64,000 nt of DNA from a virus (IMGVR_UViG_3300047319_000106:1483-65482), one strand, 5' to 3'. Positions 18,321 through 27,447 are shown, counted from the stretch's first letter. Translations and numbers: made by a program. The notes: generated from the sequence alone by a model not told the origin.

Positions 18321-19405
18321 AGCGCGCCGAGCAGCACCGCGCAAACATCCTCTACGAGATCTCGCGCGGCACCTTCGACTATGCCCAAGTCTTCCCGAAG
18401 TCGGATCGCGCGCGCGAGCATGCGCGGCTCCCAGGCGACGTGTTGCTCACAGGGAAGTACCTAGAGGAATGGTTTGACAGGAAGAAACCGAAGCTGGCGG
18501 CAAGCACGCGCCGCGACTGGAACGGAATCGTCCTGAATCTGCTGATCCCGAAGTTCAAGGAAACAGCCCTCTCCGCGCTCACGCGCCGCGACATCAAGAA
18601 GTGGCTTGAGGATCTCGACCTGACGCGCACCAAGGCGCTCTCGAACAAGCGCCTGGCGAACATCCAGACGGTCATTCGGGTGGCGCTCGGCGATGCCGTC
18701 GAAGACGGTCTAGTCGAGGCGAATGTGCTGGGCGGCTACACGTACTCGCGAGAGTTGCCGCAGCACATCGAGGAGCATGACGAGGACACCGTCGATCCGT
18801 TCTCGATTGAGGAGCAGTCGGCAATTCTCAAGGAGCTTGCACCTCAGACCGCGAACTTCATCAAATTCGCGATCTGGTCTGGGCTTCGAACGAGCGAACT
18901 CATTGCACTGAACTGGCGAGATGTCGATTGGCGAAAGGGATTTGTGCGCGTCAGAAAAGCGATGACGAAGGCGGCTAAGGGCGACGTCGAGACGACGAAG
19001 ACGCGCGCGGGCCGACGAGATGTGAAGCTTCTCGCGCCGGCGCTGGAGGCATTAAACGCTCAGAAGGCATTCACCTATCTGCAGAACGATGCCATCTTCC
19101 ATAATCCGAGAACAGGCACGCGGTGGACGGGCGACAACCAGATATGGGACGTCTGGCAGACGGCGATCCGCAAGGCGAAGGTCCGCTACCGGAAGCCGTA
19201 CAACACGCGGCACACGTATGCCTCGATGATGCTGTCCGCTGGCGAGCATCCGATGTGGGTAGCGAAGCAGATGGGGCACGCCGACACGGCGATGATCATG
19301 CGAGTCTACGGGCACTGGATGCCCGATGCCGACGCCTCTGCCGGCTCGAAGGCGGTCGCCATCTTCGCGGCGGTCCAGAAAAACGAGAATACCGGCACTG
19401 ACTGA
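18200..19405 (+). CDS. int: Tyrosine integrase with N-terminal arm-binding domain
   Basis: SGLRTSEL, YNTRHTYAS, QMGH...YGHW catalytic motifs. Confidence 0.95.
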   Translation: MGRAGRGVKAGSATSIEITFQYNGKRCRERIPLPPTAANLKRAEQHRANILYEISRGTFDYAQVFPKSDRAREHARLPGDVLLTGKYLEEWFDRKKPKLAASTRRDWNGIVLNLLIPKFKETALSALTRRDIKKWLEDLDLTRTKALSNKRLANIQTVIRVALGDAVEDGLVEANVLGGYTYSRELPQHIEEHDEDTVDPFSIEEQSAILKELAPQTANFIKFAIWSGLRTSELIALNWRDVDWRKGFVRVRKAMTKAAKGDVETTKTRAGRRDVKLLAPALEALNAQKAFTYLQNDAIFHNPRTGTRWTGDNQIWDVWQTAIRKAKVRYRKPYNTRHTYASMMLSAGEHPMWVAKQMGHADTAMIMRVYGHWMPDADASAGSKAVAIFAAVQKNENTGTD

Positions 19406-19587
19406 AATGACAACATAAGGACAACGAGAAGCCGGAGAGCCTTGCTGGCTATCAAGACGAGCGGGTTCGAGTCCCGCCCTGGGCACCATAAGGCCATTGA
19501 TTTAATTGGCTTTTTTCTCCGGCGTTGTCAAAAAATGCCCCTCGATTTCCCTGTTTTTCCCACCGAAATGACAGCGTAGCGCCAACA
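19404..19587 (+). other. att site: tRNA-Leu-like 3' core (19461-19488) flanked by arm-type repeats
   Basis: GCGGGTTCGAGTCCCGCCCTGGGCACCA (T arm plus acceptor half and CCA); GAAATGACA(A/G)C at 19404 and 19565. Confidence 0.8.
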
Positions 19588-19616
19588 TCGAATAGGGCGA
19601 GATACACGGCGCGGAT

Positions 19617-20000
19617 TCACGCCGCGGCTGACTCATCGGGCTGCCAGTGGCTGGCACCGCCGATGCGCACGCCGGCCCACATCAGCCATGCTCGCCACGA
19701 CGGAACACCAGTCAGCAGCGACGCTTCCTTCAGCACTGCGTCAGCCACTTCACGCGTCACCCAATGAAAGGTGTAGATCGCGTCATGAATGACGGACGCG
19801 AGCGTGCTGGTGTCGCCGCACAACCAGTAGACGAGCGGAGCGCGCGGGACGGACGCATAGTCCGTGATGAAGCCAGCCGGCACGGTGAAGGTCTGGTCGG
19901 CGATGTCCGACTGATAGACGAGCGGCGCGGTCAAGCGCCACTTCCCGTCATCCATCCAGCTGGCGTTCTCGACCTGAAGCTCGGTCAGGAACGCGCTCAT
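19617..20000 (-). CDS. DUF1353-like protein
   Basis: VPAGFITDYASVPR...ASVIHDAIY...ADAVLKEA...VRIGG signature. Confidence 0.8.
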   Translation of the reverse strand: MSAFLTELQVENASWMDDGKWRLTAPLVYQSDIADQTFTVPAGFITDYASVPRAPLVYWLCGDTSTLASVIHDAIYTFHWVTREVADAVLKEASLLTGVPSWRAWLMWAGVRIGGASHWQPDESAAA

Positions 20001-20485
20001 TGAATCGGCGCGCCAGAAAGCGGAGTCGAACCGGAAGCAGCTGCGGCCGCGCTTGCCTTCGAAGCAGCTACGGCGTTCGTTACGACAGCCTGGACGATCG
20101 GCTGTGCCAGCTGCAGGCCGAGAAGCACGGCGGGCTGATTCGGAATGGCCGGAATCGCCGCAACGATCGCGATCAGCGCAGGAAACGCATCGGCATTGAA
20201 CGACTGCAGATCGGCGAGATCGACGGCCGCGGCTGTCGAGCAAGCGGCGGCGAATTTCGGCTGAATGGAAGTGACGACCGTGCTCTGCTGCGCCGGCGAA
20301 AGGAGCGCGAGACCGACTGCACTCGTCAGCACGTCGAGATCTGCCTTAACGATCGGGCAGACCTGCTGCGCGAGCTGCGCTGGCGGGATGACTGGAATCG
20401 AGACCGGCTTGACTTGTATTGCGCCGCATGCGGAGAGTGCGAGCGCAACGAGGCCAGCCGCAAAAGCGGCGAGAATCTTCTTCAT
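19997..20485 (-). CDS. Lipoprotein, possibly lysis accessory
   Basis: Signal peptide with LSAC lipobox; hydrophobic C-terminal helices. Confidence 0.65.
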   Translation of the reverse strand: MKKILAAFAAGLVALALSACGAIQVKPVSIPVIPPAQLAQQVCPIVKADLDVLTSAVGLALLSPAQQSTVVTSIQPKFAAACSTAAAVDLADLQSFNADAFPALIAIVAAIPAIPNQPAVLLGLQLAQPIVQAVVTNAVAASKASAAAAASGSTPLSGAPIQ

Positions 20486-20524
20486 GGTGATTTCCTTCGA
20501 TGAATGCCGCGCGCGGCGGAGGGG

Positions 20525-20746
20525 TTATTGCTGAACGGCTTGTTGCGGCGCCTTCGCTTCGGATCGAGCGAGAACGTAGTTGTATGCGGCGTGCACGGCG
20601 GACCCGAGCAGGCCCGTCACCAAGACGGCAACGCTTTCCGGAACCGGCGCATGGAAGATTATCGACAGCGCCCAGCTAACGGCAGGCTCCAGCGTCGCCG
20701 CCGAGACGGCAATTCCGCCAGTTGGCAGGCTTGAGAGTTTGTTCAT
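20525..20746 (-). CDS. Small holin-like membrane protein
   Basis: 73 aa with two hydrophobic segments. Confidence 0.5.
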   Translation of the reverse strand: MNKLSSLPTGGIAVSAATLEPAVSWALSIIFHAPVPESVAVLVTGLLGSAVHAAYNYVLARSEAKAPQQAVQQ

Positions 20747-20748
20747 CG

Positions 20749-21108
20749 TCACTCCGTATCGGCCATAGGCCGGTGAGAAATCTTGTCGCTCCAGCGCGCA
20801 GCATCGGCCACGACGTCGACGTTGAAACTCTTGAAGTTGCCCAGGTGCCCGGTGAAGAGGTGGCAGTTGACGCCGCCCTTGTTCGCCTCACAGAGAGTCA
20901 CGAGATTGTTCGGGTCGAGCTCGAGATCCGGGTGCAAATGGAATGGCCGGATGTGATGCACTTCCAGCTTTTCGGTGCCGCCGCACACTGCGCACGCGGG
21001 CTGCAGCGTCAGGTGATGTTTTCGGATCGTCGGCCAATGCGACGACCGTTTAGCGGCGACTGGGTGCTTCCCCTTTGCCACATCGACGAGGTGCTTGATG
21101 ATTGCCAT
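20749..21108 (-). CDS. HNH endonuclease
   Basis: CAVC...EVHHIRP...NLVTLC...CH. Confidence 0.85.
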   Translation of the reverse strand: MAIIKHLVDVAKGKHPVAAKRSSHWPTIRKHHLTLQPACAVCGGTEKLEVHHIRPFHLHPDLELDPNNLVTLCEANKGGVNCHLFTGHLGNFKSFNVDVVADAARWSDKISHRPMADTE

Positions 21109-21118
21109 GTCGTAAATG

Positions 21119-21141
21119 AAAAAACCGCCCGAAGGCGGTTG
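21119..21141 (-). terminator. Intrinsic terminator
   Basis: AACCGCC-TTCG-GGCGGTTTTTT on minus strand. Confidence 0.7.
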
Positions 21142-21162
21142 TCAGGTGGAGAGAAGCGGTTC

Positions 21163-21474
21163 CTACGCGACGCTGAGAAGCATGCGTGTGCCGACTGAAA
21201 CGGCGAGCGTGCGGCTGTCGGTTGCGCCGCTGCTCGTGGTGATCGTGATTGTCACCATGTAGGTCGCTCCGCTCGTGCCACCGCCGAGCCAGAACGTGAC
21301 GACGCCACCGGACGTCGATGTCACCTTTCCGGACGGATTGACCGTGATCCCGACATCGGACGTGACTGTGGCGTCCGCGATCGTCTCGCCGGACGAGAGC
21401 CATGCAGACCAGTCGATGTCGTACGGAAGAATCGCGGCCGGCGCTTTCGGCGGCAGCTGCTGAGAAAGACTCAT
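21163..21474 (-). CDS. Fibre adaptor-like virion protein
   Basis: KAPAAILPYDIDWSAWL...VTFWLGGG pattern seen in phage fibre adaptors. Confidence 0.55.
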   Translation of the reverse strand: MSLSQQLPPKAPAAILPYDIDWSAWLSSGETIADATVTSDVGITVNPSGKVTSTSGGVVTFWLGGGTSGATYMVTITITTSSGATDSRTLAVSVGTRMLLSVA

Positions 21475-21482
21475 GACGCTCC

Positions 21483-22952
21483 TTATGCTTTAACGCGCCG
21501 CGACTCTGCCGGCACGACGAACCTGCGCGATTCTGCCGCGACTGCAATGCGCCGCGGATCAGAGGCGACGACGATGCGCCGCGATTCCGCCTCGACGCCA
21601 AGCGCTCGGCTCTCTTCCGGCACCACAAGACGTGTCCCGGCGTGCACAACCTCGACGACCATCCACGCACGTATTTCACCGGTCATGCCATCGAGCACGC
21701 CCGAGATGGTCGCCGTCACGCCAGGCGCTTCCTGCACCTGCGCGACGAATGCGCCCGACACGCCTACGAGCTCACCTGAGAGCGCCGCGCTGAGACTCTC
21801 CCCTGCTGAGATGGAGCCCGACGCACCATCAAGCACCCCCGCCAACGCGCCCGTAAGCGTCACTGACGCCGAAATCGAGCCGCCTACACCCGCCAGCACG
21901 CCAAATATCTCCGCGCCTACGCTGTCGATCACGCGCACCGCGATGCTGCCTGTCACGCCCGTCAGTGCACCTGCCACAGCGCTGTCGATCGACTCACTCG
22001 CCGCAACTGCACCCGCGACGCCTGCGAGCGCCCCGCTGATTGATGCCGGGATCACTTCGCCGGCCTGGACTGCACCGCTCACGCCGGACAGCGCGCCACT
22101 CACAGCCGCAACGACGGTTTCGCCCGCTGAGATCGCGCCCGATACTCCGGCCAGTGATCCCGACAGCGCAGCGCTGATCGCCTCGCTCGCCGAGATCGAT
22201 CCGTTGACGCCCGAGAGCGCGCCCGAGATCGACGCCGCTATGGTCTGCGAGGCGGACAGCGCGCCGGTCACGCCTGATAGACCGCCGGCCATCGCAGCAG
22301 AGAGACGCTCAGACGCCGAGATCGAACCCGTTACACCTGCGAGCGTGCCCGCGAGTGTCGCGCTCAGGCTCGCCGCTGCCGCGAGGTACTTCACCGCGTG
22401 CAGCATCACGTTGAACGAAGACCCAACGTTCGTCGTGATCGTCGCTTTAATCGTCAGCGTCTGAGATGCCGAATTGGCCGCCCAGGTGATCGTCGTCGAG
22501 TAAAACTTCTGGTTGCCGCTGCCGGTCGTGCCGGGCGAGACGGTGTAGGCGGTCGCACTGCCGTCAGATAAGGTCGCGGTGAGCGTGCACGCGCTCGAAT
22601 ACGCCGCCCAATAGATCGTCGCCGTTCGGCTCGTCGTATCGGCGGGAAGGACGATTTGATAGCCCTGCCCCGTCGCGGTCGTGTTGTCGACGTAGATGCC
22701 GCCAGCCAGCGCCGTCGCCGATGCCGTGGGCGCGCCATCCGTCCACGTCATTTTTGGGCCGTCTGTGTAGCCCGTCCACGTCACACCTGAACCGATCAAC
22801 GTCGGCAAGCCGATCGTCGAGCCGCCGCCGGACTTCCGGTTGACGGACGTCGCCGACTGTGGAAACTGAATCCAATCCGTCTGAGCCGGCGATGAGAGGT
22901 TGAAGGTCTCAGTGCCGGCGAGGACGGTATTAGAGCCGGTCAGAGTGCCCAC
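21483..22952 (-). CDS. Repeat-rich fibre-like protein
   Basis: N-terminal beta-rich domain, about 11 copies of a 21-aa repeat, five 9-aa xVxAESRRx repeats. Confidence 0.65.
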   Translation of the reverse strand: MGTLTGSNTVLAGTETFNLSSPAQTDWIQFPQSATSVNRKSGGGSTIGLPTLIGSGVTWTGYTDGPKMTWTDGAPTASATALAGGIYVDNTTATGQGYQIVLPADTTSRTATIYWAAYSSACTLTATLSDGSATAYTVSPGTTGSGNQKFYSTTITWAANSASQTLTIKATITTNVGSSFNVMLHAVKYLAAAASLSATLAGTLAGVTGSISASERLSAAMAGGLSGVTGALSASQTIAASISGALSGVNGSISASEAISAALSGSLAGVSGAISAGETVVAAVSGALSGVSGAVQAGEVIPASISGALAGVAGAVAASESIDSAVAGALTGVTGSIAVRVIDSVGAEIFGVLAGVGGSISASVTLTGALAGVLDGASGSISAGESLSAALSGELVGVSGAFVAQVQEAPGVTATISGVLDGMTGEIRAWMVVEVVHAGTRLVVPEESRALGVEAESRRIVVASDPRRIAVAAESRRFVVPAESRRVKA

Positions 22953-22961
22953 GGTTCGCCC

Positions 22962-23357
22962 TTATACGTTGCCTTCGGTGAGCGTGCCCGAGCTCACGGT
23001 AACGGTCGCGTTCGCGACGATACTCGTCGTCGGCATTTGCACAACACCCGTTCCCGCCGCCGTCGTGCTCACGTCGAAGTCGGCAACGAACGTGCCGCCC
23101 GACGTGGTGAGCCGCGCCCATGTCGCCGTTCCGGTTGCCGACGCGGTCGCGTTCGCGATTGCATTGAAAGTCAGCACGCCATTCGAGACCGTGCCGAGCG
23201 TCGAGGAACAGGTATGCGCTGAGAGCGCGGTCGTCGCAGTGCCGCCGGTTGCCGGCTGCGTGCCGTTGTAGAGCGTGAGAATTGCGGAAGCGCCTGCGGC
23301 CGTGACGATGGCGGTCGAGCGCGTAGTGCGCAACGTGGAGGCAAGACCGATTTGCAT
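22962..23357 (-). CDS. Thr/Ala-rich virion structural protein
   Basis: 131 aa with YNGTQP and ATGTATWARL motifs. Confidence 0.6.
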   Translation of the reverse strand: MQIGLASTLRTTRSTAIVTAAGASAILTLYNGTQPATGGTATTALSAHTCSSTLGTVSNGVLTFNAIANATASATGTATWARLTTSGGTFVADFDVSTTAAGTGVVQMPTTSIVANATVTVSSGTLTEGNV

Positions 23358-23371
23358 GAAGATCCTTTGGC

Positions 23372-23908
23372 TCAGATGCCGATTGCTTTCTTCGCGGCTC
23401 CGTACAGCGCGAGCCGGTCGGCCGCACCATTCGTCCCGCCGTTGATGATCTTGGTGATGCGATCGAACTGCTCGAGATCGGCGTATCCGTTCAAGCCGTG
23501 ATTGGCCCACCACCAGCCGGCCGAGCTCGCCGCGTTCGCAGGCTGCTCGAGAAACTCGGGATGAGTGATCAGGTCGAGATCGAGTCCGATGCTCGCGAGC
23601 TGGTAATTTCGACGTCCAGTCACTTGGATTAAGCCGCGGCCCATGAAGCGTTTGCCGTCGCCTGGCTGGCTGTTGCCGAGATCCACCCGGCCTTCGTAGC
23701 GCGTCTGCGCGGGCGTCGGTCCCCAGATCTCGCGCACGTAGACAAGGCCGCCGCTCTCGTGGCCGATCTGCGCAAGGAACGCGGCCACGCGGCGCGGCGT
23801 GTTTATCGCGAAACGGTCGCACGTCGCCTGCAGATGCGGCAGCCATTGCGCGGCACGAAGCTGCGTCGCGCCGGTGCCGGCGGACACGATCGTCGAGTTC
23901 AGTTTCAT
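23372..23908 (-). CDS. Endolysin, glycoside hydrolase family 19
   Basis: AFLAQIGHES, GRGLIQVTGRRNY, ITKIINGGTNG. Confidence 0.92.
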   Translation of the reverse strand: MKLNSTIVSAGTGATQLRAAQWLPHLQATCDRFAINTPRRVAAFLAQIGHESGGLVYVREIWGPTPAQTRYEGRVDLGNSQPGDGKRFMGRGLIQVTGRRNYQLASIGLDLDLITHPEFLEQPANAASSAGWWWANHGLNGYADLEQFDRITKIINGGTNGAADRLALYGAAKKAIGI

Positions 23909-23909
23909 G

Positions 23910-24260
23910 TCAGTCCAGATTCGGCCACTTGCCGTGAGCGAGCGCCCAGACAAGTCCGGCGAACGTCAGGAACGGCGCTAGATAGATGGTCGCGCTGCGA
24001 AGGAATCGAGCCGTGCGCGCGAAGAACGTCGCGCTTTGCCCCGCCCGATTGAAGATGTCGACCAGCGCTTGCGTGTTCGTCTCGATGCGCAGAGAGCGCT
24101 CATCGGCCGCTTTCGTCAGCGCTGTGTTCTCCTCGATCGATTCGTGAACCGCAGCGAATCGACGATCGATCTGCGCCTGCATGTCTCTGAACTGTTGGTC
24201 GATCACGGCAAACCGTTCCTCATGACTGAGTCGGCGCTCTGCATGCGCTGGAGGATTCAA
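23910..24260 (-). CDS. Holin/antiholin-like protein
   Basis: Coiled-coil plus single C-terminal transmembrane helix directly upstream of the endolysin. Confidence 0.55.
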   Translation of the reverse strand: MNPPAHAERRLSHEERFAVIDQQFRDMQAQIDRRFAAVHESIEENTALTKAADERSLRIETNTQALVDIFNRAGQSATFFARTARFLRSATIYLAPFLTFAGLVWALAHGKWPNLD

Positions 24261-24279
24261 AAGATGGCCCCGAAAAAGA

Positions 24280-24309
24280 AAAAGCCACCCGAAGGTGGCC
24301 TTGGTTTTT
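24280..24309. terminator. Terminator hairpin
   Basis: AAAAGCCACC-CGAA-GGTGGC with A and T tracts on the flanks. Confidence 0.6.
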
Positions 24310-24313
24310 GGTC

Positions 24314-24342
24314 TTGACTGTTAGCCCCTTTGGGGCTAATGT
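24314..24342 (+). promoter_or_regulatory. Sigma70 promoter with palindromic operator in the spacer
   Basis: TTGACT-17 nt-TAATGT; TTAGCCCC-TTT-GGGGCTAA at 24321-24339. Confidence 0.7.
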
Positions 24343-24444
24343 AATTCTCACTGGGTAGCGCACATCGCGCGGCCCGTCATCCCGAAAGGACGAACATGAA
24401 ACTCGCGTTTCCTGCGCTCGCGCGCGCCTTTGAGAGAACCTCGA

Positions 24445-24708
24445 ATGAAATACACTCCACCGTCGACGAGCGACTTGAATCGTTTGAAAGCGGATCTCGG
24501 CCTGACCGGCAAGCAAATGGCCGAACTGTTCGGGCTTTCTGGCGATCAGCAGTGGCGCAAGTACACGGGCGGGGCCGAGCCGCGCCAGATGAGCGCGCAG
24601 ATGTTGTTCTTTGCGATGGCAAGGCTGGAATTCGATCCGAAAACAATCGAGCGCGTGCTGGCGCGAATGCGCGCAGCCGGTGCGTCGGTGGACTTATCCG
24701 GGGAATAA
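24445..24708 (+). CDS. XRE/KorC-like HTH regulator
   Basis: PPSTSDLNRLKADLGLTGKQMAELFGLSGDQQWRKY. Confidence 0.75.
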   Translation: MKYTPPSTSDLNRLKADLGLTGKQMAELFGLSGDQQWRKYTGGAEPRQMSAQMLFFAMARLEFDPKTIERVLARMRAAGASVDLSGE

Positions 24709-24806
24709 AAGCCCATATCGCCCTCTTTTCTGATCACGCTGCAATAACCGCCTACCGTACAATCCGTTCCTCTGACAAAAACAATTCTGGCACGGAGTCT
24801 ACAAGG

Positions 24807-25532
24807 ATGAGAGAGAAGACCCTGGGTGCATCGGTCCTAGCCGCTGCGATTCTGAGTCTTGCAGCGTGCGGCGGCGGTGGCGACGGACCGAGCAAATCGG
24901 CGCCCAATCAAGCTGAGGCAGCGCCCACTCCAGTCGCAGTAACGGTATATGGCGACTCCACAATGATCGGTTATACGTATCCTGACGGACCAGGCCAACC
25001 CTCGATCATCACACCGCTCAATGCCGCCTTCTATATGACGTCGACGCTGCAGCAAATGGGAAAACCGGTCGTCGTAACAAATAATGCCGTCAACGGGACT
25101 GAAGTAGGCGAACTGCTGAGCGGTTCGAACGGCTACGCCGCCCCCTGGTCCCAAGCTGTTTATGGCGTCTCAGGAAAAGTCGTGATCGCCAACTATGGCA
25201 TCAACGACTCGTTTCGCGGCGATGAGACTCCAGAGCAATACGGCCGGAATCTGGTGACATGGGTCACCGTTGCAAGAGACGCTGGAAAAACGCCAGTGCT
25301 CGAAGAGCCCAACCCAGTGTGCCGAAGCGACATTTCGAATCTTGATGCGTACGTTGCGCAGATAGGTGCCGTTGCGACACAGATGAACGTACCGCTGATC
25401 AAGCAGTATGACTACATCAAGTCGTTGCCAACCTGGCAATCGCTGTTGAGCGATTGCATTCATCCAACCCCGAGTCTGTACCAAATCAAAGGCCAGAGAG
25501 AGGCTCAGGTTCTAGCCTCCCTCATTGGGTAG
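24807..25532 (+). CDS. SGNH/GDSL hydrolase lipoprotein (moron)
   Basis: LAAC lipobox; GDS, GIND and DCIHP blocks; lower GC. Confidence 0.88.
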   Translation: MREKTLGASVLAAAILSLAACGGGGDGPSKSAPNQAEAAPTPVAVTVYGDSTMIGYTYPDGPGQPSIITPLNAAFYMTSTLQQMGKPVVVTNNAVNGTEVGELLSGSNGYAAPWSQAVYGVSGKVVIANYGINDSFRGDETPEQYGRNLVTWVTVARDAGKTPVLEEPNPVCRSDISNLDAYVAQIGAVATQMNVPLIKQYDYIKSLPTWQSLLSDCIHPTPSLYQIKGQREAQVLASLIG

Positions 25533-25563
25533 GGTCACGCTACTGAATGTGTCCGGAAGGATG

Positions 25564-25755
25564 TCACTCTCCCGGTGCCGTCAGCCCAGATCGCATGCTA
25601 GCGGGAATTGAATCGTAGTATGCAGCATAGCGCGTATCGGTTGACGGCACTTGCATAGCAAGCGGATGATTTTCCGCATCACCCAGGCCGGATGGATAAA
25701 CCGTAACAACGGTTGTCTTCGCGCCGTCTGAAAACTCAACCCAGATGTCACTCAT
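25564..25755 (-). CDS. Tail fibre assembly-like small protein
   Basis: 63 aa after the fibre gene, GGGAG SD. Confidence 0.6.
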   Translation of the reverse strand: MSDIWVEFSDGAKTTVVTVYPSGLGDAENHPLAMQVPSTDTRYAAYYDSIPASMRSGLTAPGE

Positions 25756-25767
25756 TGGGATCTCCCT

Positions 25768-26769
25768 TCAAAATTCATAGGCTGAAAGCGTAATGATGAA
25801 ACCTGGCGTACCGGTCGTAGCTGACGCGCCGTAGCGAATCAGCTGAGGCGTCAAGACCGCGATTTTTGCAAAAGTTCCATTTTGGGAAGTGCCCGCCGAA
25901 ATCACGCCGCCGACACTTTGGCCGCCGGTGGGAGAGTCTGAATCGAGTATCGATAGTTGGGTGGTGGACGTAGCGGTATTCGTTACACCTAGCGCGCCAT
26001 AAATGAATTTAGCGTTTCTCGGCATACCCGCAGCCGTAAATGTACTTCCCGCCGTAGTTGCCGACGTGTTCAGCAAAGATACGTTAGGTACTCCAACTTT
26101 CCGATCGATCTGCGTGAGAGGCGTGAACTGTCCGCTTGCGTTAGTTGGCGCGATGCTAATAAGTGCGCTAGCTGTGTAACCGGACGGCATATTAGCGCCG
26201 CCATATACACTCGGCTGAACTGCGCTAGTCGCGTTCGTCGCCAGGATTGCGCTCGCCCCCGTAGTCGGGTTATAGATCGCATAGAGGGCGACGTATCCTG
26301 ATGTCGGCGCGGTCCCTGCGTCCATCCCACCCGCACCTGTCGTCGCAAGGTTGATTGTCTTGCTGAAGCTCGAAAGCGTGTATTTCAAGCCGCCGAGCGC
26401 AGAACCGACTATGATCTCGTCGGCCAACATCGTCGCCGAAGCGGAAGCCGCCGGCACGCTCATCGAAAGATTGCGGACGTTCCCGATCGGAGCCTCCGAT
26501 TGTGCGCTCACGGCCGCGATGAGGTTGGCCAGCAGCGTCGCCGTCGTGCCGTCGTCGGTGGCGTTCTGTCCAGTCGTGTTCGCGATGAACTGGCCCAGCA
26601 CGGCAGCCATGATCGACGACTGACGCCATACCTTGTTCAGTTGCGCCGAAGTTGCGACGCCCGACGAGAAGCCGTTCTGAAGCGTAGACGCTAGCGCGAG
26701 GTATGCACTCTGCGAGACGACGTTTGCCGAACCGCCATAGGCGAACGGCTGGAAATCATTCGTTGCCAT
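25768..26769 (-). CDS. Tail fibre protein
   Basis: N-terminal MATNDF.PFA...SAQLNKVWRQ baseplate anchor; variable C-terminus. Confidence 0.85.
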   Translation of the reverse strand: MATNDFQPFAYGGSANVVSQSAYLALASTLQNGFSSGVATSAQLNKVWRQSSIMAAVLGQFIANTTGQNATDDGTTATLLANLIAAVSAQSEAPIGNVRNLSMSVPAASASATMLADEIIVGSALGGLKYTLSSFSKTINLATTGAGGMDAGTAPTSGYVALYAIYNPTTGASAILATNATSAVQPSVYGGANMPSGYTASALISIAPTNASGQFTPLTQIDRKVGVPNVSLLNTSATTAGSTFTAAGMPRNAKFIYGALGVTNTATSTTQLSILDSDSPTGGQSVGGVISAGTSQNGTFAKIAVLTPQLIRYGASATTGTPGFIITLSAYEF

Positions 26770-26784
26770 TTATGCTCCGTATGT

Positions 26785-27447
26785 TCAGGCCGCGACGCCC
26801 CATGCGCCGACGTCGAAACCAGAAATCAGATTGTTCTCGACGTCGAATCCGAACAGCGGGCCGCCGGGATTCGATGTCACGAAATAAACGTTGATGTGCA
26901 CGGCTTCGGGCTTCAGCGGTATGTATCCGCCGCGCAGCAGCGCCATAAAGATCGCGCTCGGCACGTTTCCAGCGATGCCATACGTAATGGACATGTCGCC
27001 GTTGTCTTGGATGAAGACGTACGTGCCGCCGTTAAAGATACTGTTGAGGATCGCGGCAGAAGTGCCGAGCGTTCCGTCCCAACTGTTCGCGCCGATCTTG
27101 GCGCGAATCAGCAACCGGTAGGTTTCGTCATCAAGCGAGACGACGCCAGTCGATGGATCGAACGGCCCTTGCCATACGCCCTGATCAAAGCCGAGTCCCG
27201 ATGTATCAAGCGAGAAGTAGACGCCTGTCAGCGGCGTATTGACGTTGCGCGTCACGCCAACCCACAGGCCGACCGCATCGAGCTGCACACCCACTGCCGA
27301 ATCGAGATCGAAGGCTGGCGGTGTTGCGGCGAGTTGGTTCTGAATGTCGACGAACGCCTGCGCGACGCCGCCGACCATCGCCATGAACTTGGGTGCGGCA
27401 GCGTGTTCCGAAGTAATTAGTCCGGTGTAGTCAGAGACGTCAGCCAT
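26785..27447 (-). CDS. Baseplate wedge protein (DUF2612-like)
   Basis: FDLDSAVGVQLD...LDDETYRLLIRAKI...WDGT. Confidence 0.85.
   Translation of the reverse strand: MADVSDYTGLITSEHAAAPKFMAMVGGVAQAFVDIQNQLAATPPAFDLDSAVGVQLDAVGLWVGVTRNVNTPLTGVYFSLDTSGLGFDQGVWQGPFDPSTGVVSLDDETYRLLIRAKIGANSWDGTLGTSAAILNSIFNGGTYVFIQDNGDMSITYGIAGNVPSAIFMALLRGGYIPLKPEAVHINVYFVTSNPGGPLFGFDVENNLISGFDVGAWGVAA

Noticed and set aside
19415-19488. Intact tRNA gene
   Set aside because: Only the T arm and 3' acceptor strand are present; no 5' GCCCAGG, D arm or anticodon arm
24396-24806. 378-aa ORF as the true SGNH gene
   Set aside because: The lipoprotein signal starts at 24807 and the extension overlaps a good HTH gene; kept only as a side note
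25768-26769. Diversity-generating retroelement or invertible fibre cassette
   Set aside because: No reverse transcriptase, template repeat, invertase or inverted crossover sites seen
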